Shown piece after piece: positions 1 through 13,427 of a stretch of 64,000 nt of DNA (position 1 is the first letter of the stretch; each line of letters starts with the position of its first letter). This DNA comes from Eledone cirrhosa (taxonomy: Eukaryota). A program made the translations under genes and the position numbers. The stretch is taken from the NCBI GenBank assembly GCA_964016885.1, contig OZ024755.1, positions 22,816,001-22,880,000 on the forward strand. The letters run 5' to 3'. A model generated the notes under the pieces. That model made no database searches. It was not told the origin of the DNA and saw only the letters and a list, made by a program, of their open reading frames with translations.

Positions 1-250
1 AGAGACTTACAAATATGACTTATAAAACTTACCAAACTAAAGGGGCTTCTAGCGCCCCCAAAGTTTCAGCCCCCCCACGTGGGAGGGGGCATATGCCCTC
101 CGTTGAGAACCTTTGCTTTAGATAATGCATTGTCTGTAAAAAGGTTCAGTTCAACAATTAATGCAGATAGCTCATTTTTAAGAACCTTCCATTCCAATTT
201 AAAACAAAACATTAGTAGTAAAATGAAAATATATAAAAGAGAAAACTCAC

Positions 251-458
251 TGGTTTGGGTATTTTGTTTGGATGAGGAAATACAAGTCTGTGTACGCTGG
301 CAACTGTTGTGACTAAAATATATACTTTTCCTTGGTGTTCATGGACACTGGTGCCACCAAGTAATGGGGTGTCTTGAAATCGGTATCGAACATGAGAACC
401 AACTAAATTATAATCCAAAGACTGTTCCACCAGCTCCAAAATATCTCCCGTAGCTCTC
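251..458 (-). CDS. NUP160: Nup160 coding exon 3 (gene continues beyond left edge)
   Basis: tttgtag acceptor, RATGDILELVEQSLDYNLVGSHVRYRFQDTPLLGG..VASVHRLVFPHP, gtgag donor; matches the Nup160 LEL.E.SLD.NL and VHRL..PHP motifs. Confidence 0.92.
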
Positions 459-536
459 CTACAAAGAATATATAAATTGTTTCAAAGATATATTTTTTTA
501 AAATGTCATTTAAAATTAAATTGTCTAAAAGCCTAA

Positions 537-792
537 AGTCTGTTTTGATCCCGAAGGCTCACCAAGCCGGCACTTATCCCAGTTTCCGTGGTGTGAAGTG
601 ACTGACAGTATAAGACTTTCCCTGGACAGGATACCAACTAGTGTTGGTACTCATTTTCAGCTGAGTATACTGGAGCAACATCAAATAAAGTGTCTTGCTC
701 AAGAACACAGCACACAACCCAATCCAGGAATCAAACTCACAACATTATGATCGTATGTCCAACACCCTTACCACTAGGCCACATGCTTCCAC
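537..792 (-). mobile_element. tRNA-derived CORE-like SINE family B, representative copy
   Basis: tRNA-like head at the right end (GGCCTAGTGGTAAGG..TTTGATTCC on minus) and CORE-like CTTGAGCAAGACACTTTATT; same tail at 25306-25557, 37040-37325 and 54134-54413. Confidence 0.8.
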
Positions 793-1349
793 TTGTGTAA
801 AGGTATCAGTAATATATATGTATTGGATGCAGCTGACAGGTACATACATTTAGATTGCTTAGATAATGAAATAATGTGGAGGATTTGAAAATATAGTAAC
901 CAAAATGCAGATAATTATAATAGTTGAATAAATAGGGTAAAGTAACTCTGGAAATGGAAAAAAAAAGTGAACAAAGCATGTCTGTCTACTTTTCAAATTC
1001 CGTTATGCTTAGTAGGTCAACCAAGTCTTGTTTAAAGTGGTGCATATTTAATACATATACATATGACAGGTTTCTGCAGTTCCATCTACCAAATTCAACT
1101 CACAAGGTCAATCTGAGGCCAAAGTAGAAGACATTTGGTCAATGTGCTGCACAATTGGACTGAACCCAGAACCAAGTGGTTGCCAAACAATGTTAACCAC
1201 ACAACCATGCTTGCACTTATGTGTGTGTGTTTACTGTTAGTATATATCCCTTAACTTAGTTTGACAAATAGAAAGTGAAACCAATGAAAGAATAGAAGAC
1301 AAAATTAATTGAAATGATATGTTAGAATGCCAGTGATATAGATACATAC

Positions 1350-1461
1350 CAGTATATAAATCTGTTGCTTGCTGCAGAATTTGGTTGTGTGCTGTCTTGA
1401 TATGCATATCCACCTGATGTGTTGGAAACTTTGATGTCTTGTAAAGTACTGTCAGATCCTC
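1350..1461 (-). CDS. NUP160: Nup160 coding exon 2
   Basis: ttttaccag acceptor, (G)GSDSTLQDIKVSNTSGGYAYQDSTQPNSAASNRFIYW, gtatgt donor; resembles vertebrate ..SAGGFYYVESG..TRNRFIHW (recalled). Confidence 0.9.
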
Positions 1462-1740
1462 CTGGTAAAATGTTGGGTTTAAAATAACATTTTAATAAAC
1501 AATTGATTTACAAAGCATCTAGAAATTTGAATATATTGTCACCATAATGCAGGCATCTCTGTTTTTCTATCTCCATGGGTATTTTACCCGATTTCTTCAA
1601 CTCTTTTGTGGTGACAATATTTTCAAATGAATTATTACATTTATGTAAATAAGTTAAAATACTGTTAAATTTACAACTACCAATTAACCCTTTTATAATC
1701 CACATTTCTAATGAAATACACTATTTCAATTAAGTAGAAA

Positions 1741-2922
1741 GGAAAATAGGGTACAGGTGCCATGCTCAGTGTGTAGGAAATTAGTAGGTAGAAATTCCAT
1801 TTTATGTGCCAAATGCAAACTATGGGTACATAAAAGATGTAGTGGGATCACAGGTAAGCTAATTAAGAACGTAGATTTTATATGTGGCCGATGCTCAGGT
1901 GCAATAAGTAGCAAGTGCCTACAGGATACTAGCTCCTTCTACTGCCCTCGGTGACAAAATCAGCAGTGGTGGAGGGTGCTCTGAAAGTACAGTAGGCAGA
2001 GTTAGAACGGGATGGAAAAAGTTCAGAGAGCTTATACCGTTGTCGGCCACAAAAGGTTTCTCTCTAAAAATGAAAGGTAGATTGTATGATGCCTGTACAC
2101 GAACAGCAATGTTACATGGCAGTGAGACATGGGTATTGTGTGCAGAGGACCTGCACAGACTGGAAAGGAATGAAGCATGCATGCTCCGTTGGATGTGTAA
2201 TAGTAATATACGTGAAAGGCAAAACATAAATGAAGTGAGAAATTAGGAATAAGAGGGATCAGATGCTGTTTACTTGAGAGAAGACTATGTTGGTATGGTC
2301 ACATGATGTGCATGAAAGATGACAGCTGTATAAAAAAGTGCAGGGCGATCAAAATTGATGGAAGTTACGGTGTAGGTAGACCCAGAAAAACCTGGGACAA
2401 TTTGATAAATTCCGACCTTACACACTTGCACCTCTCTAAAACTGGCGACCTTACACACTTGCACCTCTCTAAAACTGGCACTGGACCGAGATCTTTGGCG
2501 CTACGCAGTAATACAGAAGACCCGCCTTGCCTATGTAGAAAGTGAAACCTAGTCAGTAGGCACCTCTTAACCAAATATACACCACAACCCACTACCCCTA
2601 CTCCATCCTCCCACTCCCACCAACACCACCCTTTCTCTGTAAAGTTATGTTGGTACCACAACATCCAGTCCAAACTAATGAGGTCGTGTAGGTGTCACGA
2701 AAAAAGAAAAAAAAACAGTCCACGTGTAGGTGATACAGTAAAAAGCTCCCAGTCCACACTGTAAATGTTGTTGGTATTAGGAAGGGCATCCAGCCATAGA
2801 AAACCTGCCAGATAGTCTTATACGAGCGAGACACGGTCACCTGACCAATCTTGCCTCAAGTGGGACAATTCCCGTCTAACCCATGCTAGCGTAGAAGATA
2901 GACGTTTAACGATGATGATAAT
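1741..2922 (+). mobile_element. 5'-truncated, degenerate RTE copy in NUP160 intron 1
   Basis: Same PHD-like and C-terminal peptides as the 57 kb element, with frameshifts, a deletion near 1950, a short tandem duplication near 2413-2478 and a TGA tail. Confidence 0.9.
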
Positions 2923-3022
2923 GAAGAATTTTTAGGGATTTGTTAGAATTATTAATTATTTCATTACTAAGATAGTAACTTATTATATTGGAAGATTTTT
3001 TATTTAAATAGGCACTCTTTAA

Positions 3023-3211
3023 CCCTTTACCATTTACATTACTCTATATTTTCACGGTAAAGGCTTTACCTCACATAGTTATCTCACATATTATCGAATG
3101 TATGAGATTTTGATATTATTTATTTTGAGAACAATACATAAACGTCAGTACGAGTGGCTGGTTTGAACAGAAAGTGGTGAGAGAATTCTGGTCGGTTTAA
3201 ATGCTAAAGGG
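3023..3211. mobile_element. piggyBac-like MITE with TTAA TSD
   Basis: TTAA-CCCTTTAC...GCTAAAGGG-TTAA; related copies at 8769-8973 and about 37420-37621. Confidence 0.8.
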
Positions 3212-5926
3212 TTAAAATGGTAGGTTTTGTTTCAGAGCACCAAAGGCAGGTTTTAGCCAAGTTGGTATTAAAACTTAATATGTCTAAAATGTTTTGGACA
3301 GATTAACTTCACCTTTAGAGTGACTATCTACATCTAATATTTGTTTTGATGTTTTTTTTAAAGTCTATTGTTTACTGCAAATTTTTACAACAATCTGTCT
3401 ACTGTTAACATATACATTTGAGTTAACAAACATGTTTTTAGATGTATTCTGTAAAATCATTACAGGATGTTATGAGTTACCAATAATTTATTTCAGACAT
3501 TTAACATTCATTTGTAGCATCATGTTATTGAGGGGGATTTAGTAATATAACTATCTTTCTGAGAAAGAATAATACTCAATCAACACTACCCCTCAAACTG
3601 TAAGGCTCATTGTTGTGTGTTTTAACACCCCCAACTGCCCCTTGAGTGCCTTTAGCAGAGTTTACTGAGTTGTAAGTATTCAAGTCTGGTCTGAAGATAA
3701 GTTTCTCCTATCAGTTTCAGAAACCCTAAAAAGAGCCATGGGTGTTGCCCTTCCTTCTCTAAGCCATTGAAAAACAGAAATTACAGTGTCATATTGGAAC
3801 AACTGAAGACTACCATTTCATATGGTCTATCTCTCAAAGATAATGTATTAGCATAGCAAGTCTATAGTTATTTTGATATGTCCTTATGTAATGTATATAA
3901 ATGTTTGAGGCAGGTGTCAAGACTCAGTGTTTGATATTCTCTGAGTCTGAGAAGCATTTGTAATGGCTATTTTAACATTCAATGAGTGTTTTAAGTCTCT
4001 TACCCATGTAGCATTAGACACAAAATGTAAACTTACTACACAAAATTAAATTTAGAAGTACACACTAAAATATCACTCCATAGCATGTGTGAAGATACAT
4101 GTTATCAAACTGAAGTTTTCACACGTAAAGCATGAATGACTGATCCAAAATAAGGTTACTTTAGCCACACAATGCATTTTAATATCAACAATTTAATGAG
4201 TTAAGAAAACAGATCTGCATGCATCTTGAAATAGCTCAGTGAAATCTACTCAACAATTCTAGAGAGTAGTTGTAATCAAGAAAACAAATTAGTATTTCCC
4301 AGTTGTACAGATCCAATAAAGTATCAATAGTAAATTCCATAGGAGTGAAATGACTGTACGAATGAAGAAGCAACATCTAATTCTTTTTTGGGCTAGACAC
4401 CTGTGGCTGATATATAATTATTTGCAGGTGTCCCAACTAAAGGGAGACAATACTACATCTCTTAATAAGCCGGTAAAGCAAATGGGTATATGCACACACT
4501 ATATCTCTCTCTAATATATATATATAATAAATTTAAATCTACGTATTTTTAGGTGACTATTCACGAAATACCTCGTCTAATGAATCTATATTTTCAATTT
4601 CTTTGAAAGGGTTTTTTTTTTTTTACACAGGCGAAATATAAATTGAATTCAGGTTCATCCTTTAAAAACTTGTCGCGTTAGGTATTCGGATATTTTCCAT
4701 GTACTCGACAACGCCAAGCATCCAATGGTAGTCCAACTACACTCTGTCGCCTTGAAAAAGGACACTTTAGATAATGTAGTGCAAAGTACACTATACCGTT
4801 AAATTCGATCAGGTGTTCACCACTAACCATTTAACAACTCTCTTCAATCGTCTAAATTCATAATTGATATTTCCATCTCGATACATAAAAATTAACTCAT
4901 TTAGAAATAACATGCTTACTGTAAAATGCCGTCATAGGTATTCAATGAATTCCTTTTAAGTAAAAAAATGACCAAGCCATTCTATAAGATTATACTTAAA
5001 TAGAGATAAAAACACGCGCCAACATTAATTAGAAATAACTTAGTTTAAAATACCTTTACATGTTTAAATTTGCAAAGACACATGAATGAATGAACGGTTG
5101 GTTCGTTGACACTCAGTGAGTGGATCGTATAGTTAAATAGCAACTTATAAAGTAGTTTAGATAGCAAACAATAAAGTTACCAGTTTGAAATAATCGATGA
5201 TAAAGATATGAAATCACACTCTAATCTCAAAACCGAACAAGGAATTTTAAACAGTTGAAGTTGGATCGAAACTATTACATGGAGGATAAGACAAGAGCAT
5301 AAGAATAAATTCAATAAGAAATATATATTTTTAATAACAGCTACACAATCATAGATTCGTAAAGGTTGAAAGGTTATTACTATTTAATTAAATTGTTAAT
5401 TAGAACAATTTCGCTTACAAAAACACATATCTATTTCATTATTCGTTTGTTTAGGTTTAGTGTTAAAAACTGATCTATTTCTTCGATTTATTCAAGACTA
5501 CGTAAACAATAGAGAATAATAAACAATAAAGTGTTATGTGGAAAAACTAAATAATAAACTGGTATAGAAACTAGTAAATCGAAAACAAACACTTAAAATT
5601 AACAATCCAGCATGTCATTTGATTATACTACAGCTCACAAACGTTTTTCAGGTCTCATTTTATTTGTTTATTTAAACGATTAGATTTCGTATTACTTCAG
5701 GCTACCTTAAATATCAATAATCTCTACTTTGAAAATAATAAAATTACTTTAGAGTAAACAAAATCTAGTTTCAATTTCAGATAAAGAACTTTATCACTTA
5801 CATTGCGATCAGAAATATAGTCACAAACGCGTAACATACATGCACTATTACTAACACATATCTATATAATAACAACATTTTTTTTTATTTCCAAGTGCTA
5901 ATTTTGAATTAGTATATTATAAGTAC

Positions 5927-6023
5927 CTGTGTTTACAGTTATTTCTTTCCAAACAGGTACAGCTGTCTGTGTTTTGGTAACTTCTCTAAAGAGTAAGTTC
6001 CTAGAAGCCAGGTAGTGCGCCAT
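5927..6023 (-). CDS. NUP160: Nuclear pore complex protein Nup160, coding exon 1
   Basis: ATG at 6023-6021, MAHYLASRNLLFREVTKTQTAVPVWKEITVNT-G, GT donor at 5926; phase 1 joins exon 2 in frame. Confidence 0.85.
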
Positions 6024-6369
6024 TCTCGTGTCTTGAAGACAACCGCCTTTTGCTTGGTTGGTTCTCGGTTCACGTGGTCACTCAACTTCCGGTGCTGCTG
6101 CTATTGTTGTTCATAAATGAATTCCATAAAACGTTTCCGTTAAAATAATATTTTAAAAAAATACAGTCTAGTTAGTAAATTTATTCATAAAATGAACTAA
6201 TATTAAATTTCATATAGAACTAAAAAAAATACTAAAACAACAGAAAGCGGTGATACACTTTTTAAAATTTCTTGTTACCTTCTTTACAGAAGAGTTGTGC
6301 TTCCGGCTCTACCGGCTCTGATCATAAGTTTCGGAGTCAACCTTCTGATCTTTTTTATTTTAATTCAAG
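6024..6369. promoter_or_regulatory. Putative bidirectional promoter NUP160/SNRPC
   Basis: Divergent ATGs at 6023 and 6370; E-box CACGTG 6071-6076, ETS-like ACTTCCGGT 6085-6093 and GCTTCCGG near 6299-6306. Confidence 0.65.
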
Positions 6370-6377
6370 ATGCCGAA
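6370..6377 (+). CDS. SNRPC: U1 snRNP protein C, exon 1 (MPK, 8 nt)
   Basis: ATG CCG AA|gtaagt; joins exon 2 in frame to give MPKYYCDYCD. Confidence 0.85.
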
Positions 6378-6924
6378 GTAAGTTGCAAATTTTTTTAAAA
6401 ATGTTATTGTGTTATTTAACGATTGAAGTAACTCTACGTATATTTTCTTGTGAATCTATATGTTAGCGATTTCTTTTATGGTACTTTTGTGCTAAAACGA
6501 CTGTGAGGTGTGTTGATAAGAGACATGCTGTCATGTTTGCATCTAAAACACCGCAGAGCTTCATCACTTCTAGAAATAACAAAGTAAAAATTTAAAATAA
6601 AACATGAATATGAGAGATGTAATGCTCCAATGCTAGACCATAAAAAAAATGACATAAGATTGTTATTAAATCTTAGAAATAACTCTTATTCCACTACCAT
6701 TACTGTATTTACTTCGCTTTTTTTGTCTCCGTTCTTCAAACATAAATGAGATAGATTGGAATCTGATCATCTGATCATCTGGTTCATCCAGTCTTACGGT
6801 AACGAGCATAATGCTAGATAATATTTTGGTTTATGAACATACCTTTGTCAGAAAGCCCTTCTATTCTAGAAATATCGACTACAAAAGCTCCCATAAATCA
6901 CACTTGATAACAAAAGACAGGCAC

Positions 6925-6973
<49 letters not shown>

Positions 6974-7155
6974 TGAGTGTCTCAATGTGTACTTTATTTA
7001 CAGTTAACAGTTCTTCTAATCTTATGTTTAAGATCATCAGCAAGTAGTCATGTCTATAATGAGCTGTTTGGAGGAAAAACTGACTTGATTACTCTATAGT
7101 ATGTTCGTATTGATAACATATTTAATAATTTTCTATTCTTTTTTTTCTTCTTTAG

Positions 7156-7198
7156 ATACTATTGTGATTATTGTGATACCTACCTGACACACGACTCC
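7156..7198 (+). CDS. SNRPC: U1-C exon 2
   Basis: tttag|A YYCDYCDTYLTHDS |gtaagt; first half of the U1-type (matrin) zinc finger. Confidence 0.97.
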
Positions 7199-8045
7199 GT
7201 AAGTATACAGGCATTTGTGTTTTGAATCTAAGAATCAGTAGAGCACACAATGAAGATCCCCCATCACTACCATCAACATCACCAACATCTACAGCTCCAC
7301 CACTTTATAAATACCACCACGAACTGTTCAAAAGTGGAATAAATTGATTTACCGTAATGAGGGTGAAAAAGTCTATTGTTTTGTGATGATTTGTGATGGT
7401 ACCGAATAGATAGATTTGAAAGTGGAGAGAGAATATGGAACAAATCCAGAACAGAGAAATGAAAATAGGATAGGAATATTTGATACAATTAAGATAGTAA
7501 ACTAGCAGTGCAATAACCGTTTTCAGAAAATTGACATGGAAAACTTTATGGATTCCCAAATATAAATTTACTTTCAATTACATTATGCAATGCAATTGAA
7601 CATAAAACTCATAGTGGATCACCAAAACTAATAATCCACCTTGACCATATTCTGTTAATCACTGGTCTTGTTAATCAATTGTCACACTGGATGTGTTTTG
7701 TAAATAAACATGGTCACCAGCATTGGTAAGCTTGTGATTATCTAAAATTTAATTTACTGTTTTGAATACCATCACTGTCTGGGACATAGTTAAACAAATC
7801 AGGAGGAGCTTATAAATAATTAAATATTAATTAGTCTCTAATACTTAAACATCTCAATGAATAGATAAAATATATAGATAAGAGTTGGCTGTTATTTCTA
7901 GCAGTTTAATTAACCACATAGATTTTATGGCTCACTAACAACATAGGTGTCACGATTATGTAAGAACCCTTTACATTCAGTTACCAATTCCATTATTTGT
8001 CTCTTTGTCGTATAAAAACTTGTATTTTTAAAATGTCTTCTGCAG

Positions 8046-8154
8046 CCATCTGTGAGAAAAACCCATTGCAATGGAAGAAAACACAAAGAAAATGTCAGGC
8101 TTTACTATCAGAAATGGCTTGAGGAGCAAGTCCAGAAGTTGGTCGATGACACAA
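8046..8154 (+). CDS. SNRPC: U1-C exon 3
   Basis: ctgcag|[36 protein letters not shown]|gtaagt. Confidence 0.97.
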
Positions 8155-9121
8155 GTAAGTAATAAATGCACTTTATTTGTATATGTAAAGCCTCCATTGT
8201 GAAGGCACATGGTTTAGTAGTTAGGGTGTTCAGCAAATTGCTTATATGGTTGTGAGTTAAATTCTTTGACTGACCAGTATGTTGTGTCCTTCAGCAAGGC
8301 ACTTTATGTCATGTTGAAAAATTTGTGTTTTGTGTCTGTAATTCAAAAAACCAGCCTTGTCATATACTATGTCACACTGAATCTTCTTGACAACTATGTT
8401 AATGGTGCACATAATTGTAGAATGCTTAGGCATTTGAACAACTAGTAAACGTGTGATTGGAACTGATGGAGATCCAACAACACAGCAAGGCCTCCATCTT
8501 TTTCTTTATAAATACAAACAAAAACTATTTGGTATAGGTAGAATCATTAGACTGTCATAGAATGCTTTATGTATTCATTCCAGTTCTTTGTACTCTGAAT
8601 TTAAATCCTGCCAAGGTCAGCTTTGCCTTTTTTTCTTTGAAGTTGGATAAAAAAAAGTGACAGTCCTGTACTGGGGTACATTCTTCAATATATCTCTTTA
8701 TGTAACCATTAGTTACAGCTCCAAACATACAATAACTACTATATGTTTGCTTTTGTTTTTAATTTTAACTCTTTAGCATTTAAACCGGCCATATCTGGCC
8801 ATAAATCTCTTACCTCTTTCTGTTCAAACTGGTCGTAACTGGCCTCTCATACTGATATTAGGGTATTGTTCTCAAAATAAACATCAAAATCTCATAGCTT
8901 CGATATTGTGTGAGATAAAGGCTTTATCATGAAAATACATTAGTAAATATAGAATAATGTAAATGCTAAAGGGTTAATAATACTAACTCAATGTCCACTG
9001 TAATTGAATTCATCCACCCTTGTATTTGTTTTGTAGTTACTTACCTTGTCTTACATTTCATCATCATTATCATCATACGTTTTTGTCAGTAAATGATATA
9101 TCAACATTCTTTCTATTTCAG

Positions 9122-9220
9122 CTGCTGCATTCAAAGCTGGAAAGATAGCATCAAATCCATTTCAGAGTACTCAACAAACGACGACTGCCATGATCCCACC
9201 TCCCACTACATTAGCAGCAG
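9122..9220 (+). CDS. SNRPC: U1-C exon 4
   Basis: tttcag|(T)AAFKAGKIASNPFQSTQQTTTAMIPPPTTLAA|gtaatg; TAAF..GKI motif. Confidence 0.93.
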
Positions 9221-10354
9221 GTAATGTTCTTTATTAAATTATTATTATTATTATTGAGGGCGGTGGATTGGCAGTATTGGTAGAGGGTCGGACGCCATGC
9301 TTTGACGCATAGAGTTACAGCCCTTGCCATTCTGAGTTCAAATCCCGCCGAGGTTAACTTTGCCTTTCATCCTTACGGGGTCGATAAAATAAAGTACCAG
9401 TAATACACTGGGTTATTGCTGGCCTTGTGCCTAACGTAGAAACAATTATTATTGTTTTTATTATTTCTAAATTTGAAAAGCAGTGGATTGGCCGTCATTA
9501 GAGTGTCAGACAAAGGCTTAGCAGTATTTGTTCATGCTCTTTACAGTTTGAGTCCAACTTCTGCTGAGCTCAACTTTGCCTTTCATCATTCTGAGATCTA
9601 CAAAAGAAAGTACCAGTAAGGTACTGGAGTTGGTATGATTGACTTTCTTTCTGCTTCCGTTGAAGTTGTTGGCCTTCTTCCTCGATTAGAAACCATTAAA
9701 GTTATTTTGAAGTGTGTATTGTAATGCTAATTATGCAATGATGGTAGCAGAGAAATTAAGCCCTGGTTTGTTGGTTCAAATATTTATAGTATCTTTACTA
9801 ATGGATAAATTAGGAACATTTCCAGTAAATTAAAGATTTTAATTTTTAATGAGATGCTGTCATAATGCTGCTTTCAAAGAGTCAACTTGACCCTTTGTTT
9901 AACCATTTCTCTACGGCTGTACGCCCTTCTTATCACCAACCACTTTACAGAGTGTCACCAGCACTAGAGCTTGTCATGCACTTGACACAACTGATGTCCC
10001 CTCAACCCTTTTTTTGGTATAGTTTCAATGGCTGTCTCATCCCAGAAAATAGAAGAGAGATTGATGAAAGCATAACCAAAGAGAAATGGTGATTGAGCAG
10101 AGAGTGATAGACAGCTTGTTGGTAAGGAGATTGAATAGAAAACTGATGGGGGAAGAGAGAGTCCTCTCTACCCTGCATCATTGCCATTCATTCATTTACC
10201 AACACCAGAGACTTCTTGTCCTTAACAAGACTAGAGAGAAAACTTTCTTCTGTGATGTCTCTGTTCAGCCAGTAAAGAAGTTAACTTGTAATGGCTGATG
10301 TATTTTTGTGTGTATATTTTGTTATGTTCCATTACATCATTTCGCTTTTTATAG

Positions 10355-10492
10355 GTGCCACGAAACCACCAACAACTGCCCCTCCAGCTGCTCCTGCTGC
10401 TGGTCCACCTGTAGGTGCCCCTGTACCAGGAATGTCATTGATGGGACCACCTCCAGGGGCACATTTACCCCCTATGATGCCTACTATGACAG
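10355..10492 (+). CDS. SNRPC: U1-C exon 5 (Pro/Met-rich)
   Basis: ttatag|(G)ATKPPTTAPPAAPAAGPPVGAPVPGMSLMGPPPGAHLPPMMPTMT|gtaagt; phase-compatible. Confidence 0.88.
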
Positions 10493-11367
10493 GTAAGTTA
10501 AATCAGCTCTACCTATTAATCAAAATAGCCTGCAATTTCCAGCTTTAGTATGTTTGTATTGTAACATTTATATGTTCTGGTTTTAATCCAACTGAGACAT
10601 TTTATGATTGTTTTGGTTTGACCAAAGCTTTAGGAATGAAATTTGATAATAGTCAGAACTGTCAGATGTGTGTATGTATATATATGTGTGCGTGTGTGTA
10701 TGCATATATGGGTGTATATATACATATGTGGGTATATGTATATAAATGTGACTGTAAAGAAGTTTGCTTTGCAACCATATGGTTTAAAGCCTGCTGTTAT
10801 TCATTTTAACTTTTCATCCATTTGGTTGGGTGAAGTGGGGAGAAAGGCAGGTAAACCAATTTACTGGAGTTGCTTTAATTAACTGTTTCATCTCCTGAAA
10901 TGTGGGGCTTGTGTTAGGAATCATTTTTGTTATTGAAAGTAAATAGATTTGGTAGTGTGCCAAACAAAACGTACTTTGTTTGTATTTAGTTATGTCCCTT
11001 TATCATCTGACTGCAAATCCTATGACTTAGCAGTAGGGACAGACTTCATTAAGGTAAGGCCTCTGATTTTTTTTATCAGAAAGGGAATAAGAAACCACAA
11101 ATCATGGGTTGCTACCATTCATCTTTATCAGGGGGGGGGGGGGAATAAAATAGGCTCTACTCAAGTATTTATTACAAACTATTTTAGGTAAAGTGTCACC
11201 TTGCGTCTATGTTAACATTACTAGTCAAATATTGCAACCTACTTAATCAGCTTTTCCTTCCACCTCCTTCCTAAAATTATTGACCTTGTACCTAGAGTAG
11301 AAACAATTATTATGGTTGGTGGATTGGCAGAGGGTCGGACGCCATGCTTTCCAGCAAAGAGTTACGG

Positions 11368-12737
11368 CCCTTACAATAGCAATAATTTCTTATTTTTCAG
11401 TTGTACTTAGTCAGGCAAGTGACTTGATCTGTGACTGTGTTGGAACTAAAGCAATTACTATATATTCCTGAGTATAAGCTAACCCCCTCCCCTACCCATT
11501 TTACCACTGATTTTTTTGGTCACATATTCCTCGGCTTATATTCTCATAAAAGAGTCATTTAAACCAGGCACATCAAACTGAGGGTCCCCCAAAGGCCACA
11601 TATGTGTTGTCTGAGGGTCACACATGACAACTAACTGCACATTACAACAAATTTTTTTTATTTTATATTACGAAGATAAAACATGCTGGCGCTGTAAAAA
11701 AAAAAACTTTGTGCAGGCCGCATATTTGACGTGCCTGATTTAAGCCATTTAAAAACATACACAACCTGTTAACATTATATTATTATTCATTTTAGGGCGG
11801 TGGATTGGCAGTATCGGTAGAGGGTTGGACGCCATGCTTTGACGCATAGAGTTACGGCCCTTGCCATTCTGAGTTCAAATCCCGGCGAGGTTAACTTTGC
11901 CTTTCATCCTTACGGGGTCGATAAAACAAAGTACCAGTAATGTACTGGGTAATTGCTGGCCTTGTGCAAAAAGTAGAAACAATTATTATGGTGGATTGGT
12001 AGAATTGTTAGTATCAGACAAAATGCTTTATAGCGTATATTCTGGTTACTGACACAGTTTGGCTGTGACCTTGTTTCTGACAGTTCCACTGCATTTAACA
12101 CTAAAAATGAATAATAATATCATTGTTTCTACTTTTGGCACAAGGCCAGCAATTACCCAGTGTATTACTAGTACTTTATTTTATCGACCCCGTAAGGATG
12201 AAAGGCAAAGTTAACCTCGACGAGATTTGAACTCAGAATGGCAAGGGCCGTAACTCTATGCGTCAAAGCATGGCGTCCGACCCTCTACCGATACTGCCAA
12301 TCCACCGCCCTAAAATGAATAATAATATAATGTTAACAGGTTGTGTATGTTTTTAAATGGCTTAAATCAGGTACGTCAAATATGCGGCCTGCACAAAGTT
12401 TTTTTTTTACTGCGCCAGCATGTTTTATCTTCGTAATATAAAATAAAAAAAATTTGTTGTAATGTGCACAGTTAGTTGTCATGTGTGACCCTCAGACAAC
12501 ACATATGTGGCCTTTGGGGGACCCTCAGTTTGATGTGCCTGGTTTAAATGACTCTTTCATAAGAATATAAGCCGAGGAATATGTGACCAAAAAATCAGTG
12601 GTAAAATGGGTAGGGGAGGGGGTTAGCTTATACTCAGGAATATATAGTAATTGCTTTAGTTCCAACACAGTCACAGATCAAGTCACTTGCCTGACTAAGT
12701 ACAACTGAAAAATAAGAAATTATTGCTATTGTAAGGG
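11368..12737. repeat. Long inverted duplication in SNRPC intron 5 (arms 11368-11983 and 12122-12737)
   Basis: About 616-bp arms with only scattered differences and a 138-bp spacer. Confidence 0.95.
11565..11737. mobile_element. hAT-type MITE
   Basis: TIRs CAGGCACATCAAA / TTTGACGTGCCTG, 8-bp TSD ATTTAAAC/ATTTAAGC; mirror copy at about 12368-12541. Confidence 0.8.
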
Positions 12738-13004
12738 TGGTGGATTGGCAGTATCGGTAGAGCATCGGACACAATGCTTCGCAGCACAGAGCTACGGCCC
12801 TTTGCGTTCTGATTTCAAATTCCGTCGTGGTTAGCTTTGCTTTTTATCTTTACAGAGTCGATAAAATAAAACACCAATATTGCACTGGGGTCAATTTCAT
12901 CGATCCTCTCCCACTTCAAATTGCTGTCCTTGTGCCTTAAGTAGAAACAATTATTATTGGTATTGTATTTGTAACTAATTTTTTCTCTTGTCATTGCCTT
13001 TCAG

Positions 13005-13159
13005 TTGGTATCCGCCCACCAATGGGACCACCAATTGGACCACCTATGGCCCCAATGAGTACAATGGTGTCAGCCATTCCAATGCGTCCACCTATTGTAG
13101 CCAGCACTACAGCCACAGTTGTTGGAGGACCTCCTCCTGGAAAAATAGCAAGGAAGTAG
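13005..13159 (+). CDS. SNRPC: U1-C exon 6 (last coding exon, TAG stop)
   Basis: tttcag|(V)GIRPPMGPPIGPPMAPMS..PMRPPIV..GGPPPGKIARK*; exons sum to 552 nt = 183 aa + stop. Confidence 0.88.
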
Positions 13160-13427
13160 CAAAATTATAGGACTTGGCTCTGAACAATATTTACATATAT
13201 ATATATTTTTTTTTTTTGTTTTAATTTTTGGTTTGTATCATTCACTCTCATTTCATAACCCTTTCTCTTCCCATCTCTTGCACTCTTCCTCTTTTTTACT
13301 TCCAATCTTTCATTTTTGTCATTCTCCCTTTTTCTCTTCCATCCCCTCATCCATATTTCCTTTATTTTACTATATCTCTTTTACTCTTCTGCCCACTTCT
13401 CCCCTCCTCCTACTTCTATCCAGTGGA

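Noticed and set aside
9257-9350. tRNA gene (A and B boxes)
   Set aside because: Head of a multicopy SINE with an oversized A-B spacer, no cloverleaf and no terminator
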